A stretch of DNA of 64,000 nucleotides from Bacteroidota bacterium (GCA_039198955.1 JBCCTI010000031.1:2046-66045), one strand, 5' to 3'; positions 36,346-45,360 are shown, numbered from the stretch's first letter. Notes: a model not told the origin generated them from the sequence alone. Translations and numbers: made by a program.

Positions 36346-36675
36346 TCACAATCCAGACCATCCCGGTCGAAACTGTCGCCATAGAGATACTTTCAGATCG
36401 CGAGAGATTTCCAGGGCGCGCTGACCGTAGGCTGTGATAGTGTAAATGCGCTTACGGCGCCCGCCCCGTTCGGCAGTAGCTTGTCCCATTTCGGAAGTGA
36501 GAAAGCCTTTATCCTCCAGTCGACTTAGCGTAGAGTGTACCGCGCCAATAGAAACCGACCGGCCAGTTTGAGATTCAAATTCTTCGGCTAGCTTGAAAGC
36601 GTAAGCTTCCTTACCCAAAATGCCTACCAGCAGCAGAACGGTTTCTTCAAAGTCACCTAAACGAGATTCTTTCAT
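36346..36675 (-). CDS. PadR family transcriptional regulator (short subfamily)
   Basis: LGDFEETVLL, SIGAVHSTLSRLEDKG and GGRRKRIYTITAYG. Confidence 0.9.
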   Translation of the reverse strand: MKESRLGDFEETVLLLVGILGKEAYAFKLAEEFESQTGRSVSIGAVHSTLSRLEDKGFLTSEMGQATAERGGRRKRIYTITAYGQRALEISRDLKVSLWRQFRPGWSGL

Positions 36676-36680
36676 ATGAT

Positions 36681-36735
36681 ACTAAATTGTAGATCAAATA
36701 TAAAAATAAAAATTTTATTTATTCTACAATCTAGT
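36681..36735 (-). promoter_or_regulatory. padR promoter (-7 TATATTTG at 36695-36702) bracketed by two inverted putative operators
   Basis: ACTAAATTGTAGA (36681-36693) and TCTACAATCTAGT (36723-36735) are complementary at 12 of 13 nt. Confidence 0.6.
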
Positions 36736-36808
36736 AACAAATTATTTCAAAACCCTCGTCGAGCGGTCGGCGTTCTGATAAAGCTGAAGGCAAAAAGTGA
36801 AGTAACTA

Positions 36809-37663
36809 CTAAAAGGCGATAGTATCTGGGAGATATTTGGATGCTAAATCTTCGTAGTAAGGCCGTAGCTCTTGTACGTTCGGGGCTTGAGGGGATTTAG
36901 TGTACAGATCGTAGGGGTTAAACGTATCTACCCACTTAAACATAGCATGATCATGCTCACTCATTAGATGATCATAGGCTCCTTCCCGGTGCTGGGCGTA
37001 GAAGGAGTGGTAACGCATAATGTAAAGGGCAGGTTCTGGCATGTAGTCCTTCATGGCGGTATACATATACTCATCGTGCCCCCAGGACATATGCACACTG
37101 TCTAACCCACAATTAGGCTCGTAGATTCCGTACTTGGTATTATAGCGCTCATTGTCAATATCAGGATTATCCTGGAAGAACTCCGGGTAGACAATCTTAT
37201 CAGAAAAACGACAGCCAACTGGAAAAGTATCGCCCACCACAGCCCACTGCGGTTCGCCGTACAGACAGAGAATTTTACCCAAATCGTGCAAAAAGCCCGT
37301 CAGCACAAACCAGTCGGGGTGACCGTCCGTCCGGATCGCTTCGGAAGTTTGTAGTAGATGCTGGGTCTGATCCAGGTCAATATCCGGGTCAGAATCATCA
37401 ATGAGGGTATTCAGAAATTCAACGGCCTCCCAGAGCGTCATTTTCCGCTTTTGCAGTTTTTTGTACTCCGCTTCTTTCGCCAGCACAAAATCGTAAGACT
37501 GGTACGTATGGTTGAGGCGGTAAAACTCCCGCACCGTATCCCGTCCGGGATTATCGTAGTTGCGGAATTCCTCCTTTTTCTTTTCCCCGGTTTCAGGATA
37601 GCGTTCTAGCAAATCCTCCTCCCACAGTTCTTCTATATCTAATGTTGGTTTTGTGTCTTTCAT
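36809..37663 (-). CDS. myo-Inositol oxygenase (MIOX)
   Basis: FRNY, VREFYRLNH, DDSDPD, HLLQTSEAIR, HDLGK, QWAVVGDTFPVG, SWGHDEY, RYHSFY and FNPYDLYTK. Confidence 0.92.
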   Translation of the reverse strand: MKDTKPTLDIEELWEEDLLERYPETGEKKKEEFRNYDNPGRDTVREFYRLNHTYQSYDFVLAKEAEYKKLQKRKMTLWEAVEFLNTLIDDSDPDIDLDQTQHLLQTSEAIRTDGHPDWFVLTGFLHDLGKILCLYGEPQWAVVGDTFPVGCRFSDKIVYPEFFQDNPDIDNERYNTKYGIYEPNCGLDSVHMSWGHDEYMYTAMKDYMPEPALYIMRYHSFYAQHREGAYDHLMSEHDHAMFKWVDTFNPYDLYTKSPQAPNVQELRPYYEDLASKYLPDTIAF

Positions 37664-37687
37664 GAGATTAGTAGTCAGTTAAACAGA

Positions 37688-38176
37688 CTATTTAGTAATT
37701 GTAAAATAGCGCCGCTCAGGATAGTTTGCACCATTCACGCTCCATACTTCTTGACTATTATAAGTTATTCGAGTGGTAACCATATAATGTTTCCCAATAG
37801 CAAACTCACAAGCCACAGTATCGATATCATCTTCATTCCATTCAATAAATGTGATAGAGGTGCTCTCATTAGGATTTTCATTCGGGCCTAACGTCATGAC
37901 ATAACGATCAGTCAGTTCGTCTACTCCTATTGAGAAATTTTCCGGAAGATCGTAATTTCCGTTGTATACCTTTCTCTTTTCTCCTTCGATCAAATAATAA
38001 ATATCAATCTGGTGTGCTTCAAAAGCATCAGAATTAGCTGGATTAAGCAGGCTCTCGCCATTAGTATTATGCATTTCAAAACGAAATTCGGTATCAAGAT
38101 TATACCCTATATCATCTTCTTGACAAGACATAATGATTGAAGCTAAAAAACAATAACCAACGAGTTTATTCTTCAT
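37688..38176 (-). CDS. Small uncharacterised lipoprotein between the symporter and MIOX genes
   Basis: MKNKLVG...IIMSC lipobox; AT-rich; ATG 38176 avoids overlap with the upstream stop. Confidence 0.65.
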   Translation of the reverse strand: MKNKLVGYCFLASIIMSCQEDDIGYNLDTEFRFEMHNTNGESLLNPANSDAFEAHQIDIYYLIEGEKRKVYNGNYDLPENFSIGVDELTDRYVMTLGPNENPNESTSITFIEWNEDDIDTVACEFAIGKHYMVTTRITYNSQEVWSVNGANYPERRYFTITK

Positions 38177-38193
38177 TAGTTTCTTTACATTAC

Positions 38194-39768
38194 TTACTGT
38201 CCTAACCAAATATATAGTGCAATAATTACAATGGTTAGTACGATACTAAACGGTTTGGCGTGCTTCCAGGGTTGCATATCCAGAATGGTTTTATCAGATG
38301 ACCAGGCGGGACGATTATTAGGGTAAAAATGTGATACACCGAACATCACCGCCATATTCAATAGAAACTCAATACCCCAGATATGCACAAAGTGCGTATC
38401 TATCTTAAATATAAATGTTGCGAGGATGTAAAACAATAGTCCAACAAACAATGCAGCTTTCGCCCCAACCGCTGAAATACGGGAGATAAACAGTCCAGCG
38501 ATCATGATAGAAGCAATCGGGATAAAGAAAATACCGTTCAACTGTTGCAATAATTGATACAGTCCTTCCGGAGCACTTGCTACCAAGGGTGCTGCCATGA
38601 TCGCTACAAGTGCCAAAATAGCCGAGCAGACTTTCCCCACCCGCACTAGTTGGCGGTCAGAAGCCGTGGTATTGATCAAGCGTTGGTAAATACCTACACT
38701 AAAAATCGTAGCCGCACTATTGAGTACGCTGTTAAAGGTACTGAGTACTGCTCCCATCACTACGGCTGCAAAAAATCCAACAAAGCTCAACGGCAGCACT
38801 TTTTTGATCAGCTCGGGGTAGATAGTATCTTGATTTTCGTAAAACCGATCACCAAAGTAGTAGTAGGCAATCACGCCGGGTAGCACGATGATGAGGGGCA
38901 CCAACGTTTTTAGCACTCCGGTATACAGTAATCCTTTCTGCGCTTCTTTCAAGTTCTTAGCTCCAAACGCCCGCTGGATTATCGTCTGATTCATCCCCCA
39001 GAAGTAAAGTTGATTAATAATTAAACCCGTAAACAATGTGCTAAACGGCAACACTGAGTCGGGTGCCCCGATCACATTAAATTTCTCAGGGCTATTTTCG
39101 TATACCCGAGACAAACCCGTGAACATATTGCCATCTCCGATATCCAACAAAGCTAATATTGGAACGGCTAAGCCGCCGATGAATAATCCAATGCCGTTAA
39201 TCGTATCCGAATAAGCCACTGCTTTTAAGCCCCCAAAAATAGCGTAACCTGAGCCAATCAATCCAATCACCACCACCGTAATCCACAGTCCTTCGCTTTG
39301 GGATACTCCCAAAACTCCCGATACATCAAAAATGCTTTCCAAGTTGATTGCTCCGGTGAACAGCACAATTGGTAGCAAGGTTACGACAAAGGAGATCATC
39401 AGAAATAGGGCTACCAGCGTACGGGTCATGCTATCGAAGCGCTCTTCCAGGTACTGCGGAATAGTGGTCAGACCCATCTTCAGATAGGTAGGAACGAAAT
39501 AGAGTGCTGCTACAATCAGTGCCAGAGCCGAGGTTATCTCCCAGGCAATAATAATGAAGCCATTCTTGTAGGCCGATCCGTTTAGGCCAATTAAATGTTC
39601 CGTAGAGATATTAGTCAGCAGCATCGATCCGGCGATCACTACCCCAGTAAGGCTGCGGCCACCCAGAAAGAAGCCATCGCGGGAGGATAGGGATTCTTTA
39701 CGAAGGCGATACCAGGAGTAAAAAGCGACAAAGGCTGTAAAGCCCAGAAAGGAAAGTAGGGTTTGCAT
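38194..39768 (-). CDS. Sodium:solute symporter (YidK-like), probably myo-inositol uptake
   Basis: FFLGGRSL, SMLLTNISTE, AYSDTING, YFWGMNQTIIQR and STFNSVLNSAAT; adjacent to MIOX. Confidence 0.85.
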   Translation of the reverse strand: MQTLLSFLGFTAFVAFYSWYRLRKESLSSRDGFFLGGRSLTGVVIAGSMLLTNISTEHLIGLNGSAYKNGFIIIAWEITSALALIVAALYFVPTYLKMGLTTIPQYLEERFDSMTRTLVALFLMISFVVTLLPIVLFTGAINLESIFDVSGVLGVSQSEGLWITVVVIGLIGSGYAIFGGLKAVAYSDTINGIGLFIGGLAVPILALLDIGDGNMFTGLSRVYENSPEKFNVIGAPDSVLPFSTLFTGLIINQLYFWGMNQTIIQRAFGAKNLKEAQKGLLYTGVLKTLVPLIIVLPGVIAYYYFGDRFYENQDTIYPELIKKVLPLSFVGFFAAVVMGAVLSTFNSVLNSAATIFSVGIYQRLINTTASDRQLVRVGKVCSAILALVAIMAAPLVASAPEGLYQLLQQLNGIFFIPIASIMIAGLFISRISAVGAKAALFVGLLFYILATFIFKIDTHFVHIWGIEFLLNMAVMFGVSHFYPNNRPAWSSDKTILDMQPWKHAKPFSIVLTIVIIALYIWLGQ

Positions 39769-39772
39769 AGGT

Positions 39773-39900
39773 TAATGATTGATGATGAATGAGTGATGAC
39801 TAATGATGAAAAGCGTATTATTAATCATCCGCGCCACGCGGTGGGCGCCCACCGCGTGGCGCGGCGGCCGCAATCATTATTCATTCATCATCATCGTAAT
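39773..39900. repeat. Heptamer arms enclosing a perfect 36-bp GC-rich palindrome (39829-39864)
   Basis: CCGCGCCACGCGGTGGGCGCCCACCGCGTGGCGCGG equals its own reverse complement; the flanks share GATGATGAATGA / TCATTCATCATC. Confidence 0.9.
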
Positions 39901-40908
39901 TTACGCAAAAAACCAGAAATCCCGCCTTGGCTCTTTTTCCCAACTAGCCAACTGATTCTGTATCCCAGGCAACATCGGGGGCGAGGTGACCACAACTAAA
40001 ATTTGCGGATAATCTAGTTCAGGAATTACTTCGACAGATTCTAGCTTTATCCCGTAAATCCCCTTCCCTATTTTCCGGGGATTATTGCACACCCAATGAA
40101 AACGCTCTTCTCGCTTTAACAGTAACTTAGCCAAGTCTTTCCCCTTTTTTCCTGCTCCCCAAAGTACTAAGGGACGATTCGGATCACGATCAAGATCGTA
40201 GAAATAGCGTGTTTTCAGATCAAAGAAACGATTATCCTGATAGTCATCATCATTGCGGGAGGTGCGATCCGGGCGGTCACGACAATAATTCAGGACTTTA
40301 TCTATCCCAACTATGTGCAGCTTTTGTTGGTAGAACCGGAAACATAAATCATAATCTTCGGGGTACACTTCCGGCGTAAACCCTCCTGCTATCTCAAAAT
40401 CATCCCGGTGCAGCAGCCAGCACTGCGAGGGGATCACACACTCGCGGTAAATTTCATGGTAATAGGTCTGATCTTTCGCAATCTGATTCAACCATCGCGC
40501 GTACCGCCGAAAACCATCACCTATTTCCTCACCGTCCATAAAGTACTCCATCCCTCCGGCCACTATAGTTCCTTTACCATGCTGCTGCCAGATACGGTGC
40601 ATCACTTCTAGTTTATCAGATGGCATAATATCGTCCGAATCCATGCGAGTGATTAATGTACCTCGTGAGTGTCGGTAAGCATTTTGCAGCGCGGGAATCA
40701 GCCCAACTCGATCAGTATCAAACACCCGAATCCGAGAATCTCGCTGGCTATACTCCGTCAGTATTTCTTTGGATCGATCCAAAGAATCATTATTCACCGC
40801 CACTAACTCCCAGTCAGAGTACGATTGGGCAATGATAGAATCCAGGCACTCGGGCAGATACCGTTCAGTGTCTCGTACTGACATGAGGATGGAAATAGTT
40901 GGGTTCAA
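39901..40908 (-). CDS. Glycosyltransferase family 2
   Basis: ISILMSVR, NNDSLD, TRMDSDD and PEDYDL. Confidence 0.85.
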   Translation of the reverse strand: MNPTISILMSVRDTERYLPECLDSIIAQSYSDWELVAVNNDSLDRSKEILTEYSQRDSRIRVFDTDRVGLIPALQNAYRHSRGTLITRMDSDDIMPSDKLEVMHRIWQQHGKGTIVAGGMEYFMDGEEIGDGFRRYARWLNQIAKDQTYYHEIYRECVIPSQCWLLHRDDFEIAGGFTPEVYPEDYDLCFRFYQQKLHIVGIDKVLNYCRDRPDRTSRNDDDYQDNRFFDLKTRYFYDLDRDPNRPLVLWGAGKKGKDLAKLLLKREERFHWVCNNPRKIGKGIYGIKLESVEVIPELDYPQILVVVTSPPMLPGIQNQLASWEKEPRRDFWFFA

Positions 40909-40990
40909 GTGTTATGATATTATGGTGTTCAAGTTACCAAAATTGATAAATCTGCTGTAAACCTATAGGCTGTAACCAGGACGATTTCAC

Positions 40991-41560
40991 GGTAGTGTAC
41001 TTTAGATAAGGATGGGAGAATTAAAAATTTGGCACAGACTAGTGCGTATTATTGGATTCGTCGCGCTACGATGGCCAAAACCTATATAATTATGACTACG
41101 TGTCCGCATTGCCAAAGCGGAGTGCCGCCCAGTCCTAAGATCGTCAAAAACGGGTTAACCAGGCCTCGACGGCATACCACGAAAAACAGAATTGCCGCTG
41201 TCGCCAATGTAACCGTCAGGCAGTAGAAAGAAAGCCCCCTGCTATGTTTAGGCGAGAAGAACTACTAAGACAACTCTCGCTAGAGCGTGTCTCGCTGCGG
41301 GCTAGTGCTCGTACATTACATGTGAGTGTAAACTGGCCGGCACCCTTTAGGTTTGTAGGAGCGAAAGGTTGCCCTGAGTGGGTATGACTGGCCATAGAGC
41401 GACGTAGTAGACTTGTTGTTGGCTTTCATATTGGGGGCGGTGACAGGATGGTGCGTTAGGACTATGGCTCAGTATCCCCGAAGAACTACGCCTCAGAGCA
41501 CTAGTCTTTACAGATGATTGAGCGGCCTATGCCAGTGTTTTTGCTAAAGGGCAGCATGGG
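40991..41560 (+). pseudogene. Degenerate IS1-family element (InsA/InsB remnant)
   Basis: Possible left end GGTAGTG at 40991; MTTCPHCQS..IVKNG from 41092; after a frameshift KQNCRCRQCNRQ...LERVSLRASARTLHVS; then FVGAKGCPEWV*LAIERRSRLVVGFHIG and VFTDD*AAYASV..GQH with nonsense codons. No right end found. Confidence 0.85.
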
Positions 41561-41927
41561 ATGCCCCGCATCAAGCAGAAGGCAAAAAGCAGACTGTGAA
41601 GTATGCTTCGCCAGCGATGAACCCCGAAGCCAAAGCAGATAATTTTTACAGCCCCACTACTGGCTGGAGTGGCTCCCCTGATATATTAGAACCAGAATAT
41701 TTACTATTAGATAAAGTCAATACTAATATTAACTGGGAGGGGTGTGAAAATGCGGTTGGATCGTTCGAGTTCTAGTTTTTCAATGTAGAGAGGGAGACTT
41801 GGTTCCAATAGTGTGATACCAAGCCCCTCTTTTTTCATATATCGACAGTTTATTATTACTCCCGAGGAGGTACTTAGGTTGCCTTCTTTAAGGAAGTTTC
41901 TGTCAGTATTGTAGAGGCTTCCTATTA

Positions 41928-42077
41928 TCAGGCTGAAACTACAATACCTAGTACTTCCAGCAACTGAGGATTGTCTTTGAGTGCCATCTTGGCAACCCAG
42001 CTAAAATCCGGCTGCCAAGTATATAATTCGGCTAATGCCTCATTACGCTTTTGCACAGGAGATTCCGCTGTTATTTC
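41928..42077 (-). pseudogene. C-terminal fragment of a conserved Bacteroidota hypothetical protein
   Basis: ...QKRNEALAELYTWQPDFSWVAKMALKDNPQLLEVLGIVVSA* resembles a family tail I recall (..RD.A...L..W..DF...AK.AL...PQLLE.LGI); in-frame stop upstream and no start codon. Confidence 0.55.
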
Positions 42078-42137
42078 TTAGCAAAGCTTTAGGAAGATTG
42101 ACTGAGTATTTTGTAAGTTGCTCTTAATATGAATCAT

Positions 42138-42194
42138 GTAATGTAAGTTACTGCTAACTGTACATCAACGTAGAATAATTAGCAGTTACATTAC
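42138..42194. promoter_or_regulatory. Two-block inverted repeat 12 nt upstream of the nuclease-ImmA gene
   Basis: GTAATGTA/TACATTAC and ACTGCTAA/TTAGCAGT. Confidence 0.55.
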
Positions 42195-42206
42195 TGTGAA
42201 TTAAAG

Positions 42207-43487
42207 ATGTCAGAAAGAACTACATTAGAAAAAGGAGATGATTTTGAGAACCGTTCTAGGCAAATAATAGAACGTATGATTGACGAATCTCAAATTCCTC
42301 ATTTACGCGAATACATAAAGGTTTACGGACGAAAAGAAAAAGGGTATTACTCTAAATCCCGTGAAAAGAATATATATTTCGATTTAAGCATTGAGGTGTG
42401 GCCTCCTAATGCACAAAGGGCCTCATTCACGTATTTCATTGAATGTAAAAATTATGGAAAGTCTATTCCAGTCGATGATGTAGAAGAATTTCATGCAAAA
42501 GTTCGTCAAGTCAGTGGCTTAAATGTGAAAGCTATATTTATTGCTAATGCTCCTTTACAAGAAGGTGGATATAACTTTGCGAAGAATGAAGGGATTATGT
42601 TCGTACAGGGAGAATCATCCGAGAATTATCAAATCATTTTACACAAGTCGAGTATTTCTGATAAGGAAACTAAAATACCAACTGTAAAATCTTCAGCTAA
42701 TGAGAATATCGTTAATGAAGAGAGTATACCGCTTGTAAAACTTGTTGATTCAGTTATTCTCAGCGCATTTGAGAAGATAGAAAAAAACAATCGTATCTCA
42801 TACAGCATTGATAAACTGAGTCGAAACAGAATCATTGAAATAGCAGAACAGGAACTTCCCCAAATCAGTCCTTACATTTTCGAGGAAGGGCGCCCCTTAA
42901 CTGTTAAAAAGCTAAAGGAATATCTAATCTCACAATATGGCATAAAAGTATTTGAAATTGCTTCTAGCTCAGATTTGCTAGGTAGTTTTAATAGAAACGA
43001 TCGGCTAATTTCTATTAATAGCTCAATTGTTGATACAGGAAGAGAATTGTTTATTCTTGCCCATGAATTTGGTCATTTTGTTTTGCACAGTAAACTTCAA
43101 ATCGGACAAATAGCTTACGAAAGCTTCGAGGATTCAAAAATCAACTTTAGAACTGGAAAGTACGATCTGCGGAATCCAAAGAATTGGATTGAATGGCAAG
43201 CAAATCAGTTTGCCTCCTCTTTAGTATTGCCTAGAGCCTGTGTTTTGGCACGGCTTCGGCAGTACCAATATAAGAAAGGGTTAAGGGGTGAGAAATTATA
43301 TGTAGACGATCAATATGACAATCAGAAGACACTCTCAGAGATAATCAAACAACTAGCTTATATTTTCAGTGTGACTCAAACTTCTATTATTTACAAGCTT
43401 CGAGAGATGAAGCTGCTAGAAGAGAATTCTCGTCTAAAGTCAATAGGGCAAATTATTGCTGAGTATGACGATGAGTTAATAATTTGA
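42207..43487 (+). CDS. Restriction-endonuclease-like (Mrr-type PD-(D/E)XK) domain fused to ImmA/IrrE-family metallopeptidase
   Basis: N-terminal KGDDFE...FDLSIE...FIECKNY...DDVEEF...GGYNFAKNEGI; C-terminal ELFILAHEFGH (HExxH) and EWQANQFASSLVLP; AT-rich. Confidence 0.8.
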   Translation: MSERTTLEKGDDFENRSRQIIERMIDESQIPHLREYIKVYGRKEKGYYSKSREKNIYFDLSIEVWPPNAQRASFTYFIECKNYGKSIPVDDVEEFHAKVRQVSGLNVKAIFIANAPLQEGGYNFAKNEGIMFVQGESSENYQIILHKSSISDKETKIPTVKSSANENIVNEESIPLVKLVDSVILSAFEKIEKNNRISYSIDKLSRNRIIEIAEQELPQISPYIFEEGRPLTVKKLKEYLISQYGIKVFEIASSSDLLGSFNRNDRLISINSSIVDTGRELFILAHEFGHFVLHSKLQIGQIAYESFEDSKINFRTGKYDLRNPKNWIEWQANQFASSLVLPRACVLARLRQYQYKKGLRGEKLYVDDQYDNQKTLSEIIKQLAYIFSVTQTSIIYKLREMKLLEENSRLKSIGQIIAEYDDELII

Positions 43488-43511
43488 TTTACAGACTATT
43501 CAAGACAAAAA

Positions 43512-43814
43512 ATGCCAAAGCTCTACGAATATTTGGGGATCATTATTTTTTTCTACTCCAATGAGCACGAACCTATCCATGTGCACGCTCGCTACAGTGA
43601 GTTTGAGAGTAAGGCGGAAATTATTGTAGTGGATGGAATCGTTGAGGAGATTATCATTACGAATGTGAGGGGAAGAAAACCACTAAAAAGAAAGGAGTTA
43701 AACAATTTAAAGAAATTTCTAGGGCATTATTCCGACGCCATTGTAGACAAATGGGTAGACTATTTCGTATATCATAGGGGAATAGATTTTGAGAAGATTA
43801 CGCAAAGATTATAA
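43512..43814 (+). CDS. DUF4160 family protein (putative toxin)
   Basis: MPKLYEYLGIIIFFYSNEHEPIHVH. Confidence 0.8.
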   Translation: MPKLYEYLGIIIFFYSNEHEPIHVHARYSEFESKAEIIVVDGIVEEIIITNVRGRKPLKRKELNNLKKFLGHYSDAIVDKWVDYFVYHRGIDFEKITQRL

Positions 43815-43817
43815 CTC

Positions 43818-44132
43818 ATGAAAATCACTGAGCAATATACCGAACAGCAAAAGCAAGAAAGTCTCTCTATTATCAAAGCAAACTACATCGGTGACTTCGC
43901 CATTCGTTTATTCTTTAACGATGGGCACCAAAGGCTGGTGGATTTTAAGCCTTTTCTAGAGCAAGCTACGCATCCGGCTATCAAAAAATACTTAGACGAA
44001 AAGTTATTCAGAACCTATCAAATAAAAGACGGTAACCTGGACTGGAATGATTTTGATTTATGCTTTCCGCTGGAAGATCTTTATCAGAATCGCCTACTAA
44101 AGAATGAAGAAGCGACTATAAATGCTAATTAG
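43818..44132 (+). CDS. DUF2442 family protein (putative antitoxin)
   Basis: Y.I.L.FNDG...VDF..FL...L..F......L.WND.D motif; adjacent to DUF4160. Confidence 0.8.
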   Translation: MKITEQYTEQQKQESLSIIKANYIGDFAIRLFFNDGHQRLVDFKPFLEQATHPAIKKYLDEKLFRTYQIKDGNLDWNDFDLCFPLEDLYQNRLLKNEEATINAN

Positions 44133-44168
44133 CTATCCGTTACTAACTAACTCACAGTTAAAGTGATT

Positions 44169-45218
44169 ATGAAATTGATTCGTCTTGTGCTACTTCTTTT
44201 ACTTTTAGTAGTCTCAGCTTTAGGGGGAGGCTATTTTTGGTTGCAGCGTGCGCTGAACACGCCAATAGCCCACGATTATTCTTCTGAGTACATTACCATT
44301 GAGCGAGGAATGGCTTCTAATCGTATTTTAAGGGAATTGGAAGACTACCAAATCATACAGACCCCGTTGGCTACCAAACTGTATCTGCGGTTTTTTGCTA
44401 CCGACTTACAACTAGAAGCAGGAGATTATCTTTTTCCTTCACCTATTAGCCCGAAAGAAGTTTTAGCTACCCTAGAGAATGGGAGAAAACGTTCTAAAAC
44501 ACTAACGATTCCCGAAGGGTGGTCGAGGTTTGAGATGGCGGAACGTATCGCTGCCCAGTTTCCAATAGAACCTGCGCTAACAACGGAAGAGGTACTAGCC
44601 ATGATGAATGATACGAGTCCTATTCAAGATTTTGATCCTCAAGCTACCAACCTAGAGGGTTACCTCTATCCTACTACCTACGATTTTGAAATGGACACTC
44701 ACCCTAGGGCAGTAATAGAGCGAATGGTTCAGCAATTTAAGCAGGTATGGCAACCGGAGTGGGATCAACTGGCGAAAAATATGGGCAGAGAAAAGCACGA
44801 AATCATTACTATTGCGAGTCTGATTGAAAACGAGTCTCAAGTAGATAGCGAGCGCGCTTTGGTCGCCTCAGTAATTTATAACCGACTGGAGAAAGAGATT
44901 CCCCTCGGCATTGATGCCACCAACGTATATATCGCCAAGCTACTCAACCGCTGGGATGGGATCATCCACAAAAGTGATGTTGAAGTAGATCATCCTTATA
45001 ATACTCGCCGAATACGGGGGCTACCTCCCGGGCCAATATGCTCGCCCAGCAAATCAGCTTTAGAAGCTGCCCTAAATCCAGTATCTACCGATTATTTGTA
45101 CTACGTATTGAATGTAGAAGCAGGCGATGGTTCCCACAACTTTTACGCCGACGCAGCCGGGTTTGCCCGAGGAAAAGCTGAATATCAACGATGGCTATCC
45201 CGGCAACGGAAGAATTGA
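44169..45218 (+). CDS. mltG: Endolytic transglycosylase MltG
   Basis: N-terminal TM, TIPEG, LEGYLYPTTY, IASLIENE, YNT...GLPPGPI.SP and YLYYV. Confidence 0.9.
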   Translation: MKLIRLVLLLLLLVVSALGGGYFWLQRALNTPIAHDYSSEYITIERGMASNRILRELEDYQIIQTPLATKLYLRFFATDLQLEAGDYLFPSPISPKEVLATLENGRKRSKTLTIPEGWSRFEMAERIAAQFPIEPALTTEEVLAMMNDTSPIQDFDPQATNLEGYLYPTTYDFEMDTHPRAVIERMVQQFKQVWQPEWDQLAKNMGREKHEIITIASLIENESQVDSERALVASVIYNRLEKEIPLGIDATNVYIAKLLNRWDGIIHKSDVEVDHPYNTRRIRGLPPGPICSPSKSALEAALNPVSTDYLYYVLNVEAGDGSHNFYADAAGFARGKAEYQRWLSRQRKN

Positions 45219-45345
45219 TCTAAGTCCTATTTGGCGTATTGCAAATGTGTATGAATTTCATCCGAATATTAAGGGGATACTAAAAGGTGAATGATGTAAA
45301 CCGACTTCTGGTATCAACTTATCGGCAGTAAGAAAAGAGAACCCC

Positions 45346-45360
45346 TGACAGAAAATGTCA
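45346..45360. promoter_or_regulatory. Palindrome TGACA-N5-TGTCA, putative WYL regulator site
   Basis: TGACAGAAAATGTCA; a second copy is at 46082. Confidence 0.65.

Noticed and set aside
36750-36790. CCTCGTCGAGCGGTCGGCG, faintly like Bacteroidota REP/Flavo-1-type repeats
   Set aside because: Too short and degenerate, with no partner arm.
39793-39999. 68-aa ORF across the GC palindrome
   Set aside because: Its sequence is dictated by the repeats and palindrome, and it overlaps the GT2 gene antisense.
41340-41560. Two in-frame TGA codons at conserved Trp positions of the IS1 remnant, suggesting TGA=Trp recoding
   Set aside because: TGA terminates many intact genes in this window (trpE, trpG, padR and others). 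Single TGG-to-TGA transitions in a dead element are sufficient to explain it.
41596-41775. 59-codon GTG-start ORF after the IS1 remnant
   Set aside because: No recognisable homology, promoter or initiation context; it could be debris.
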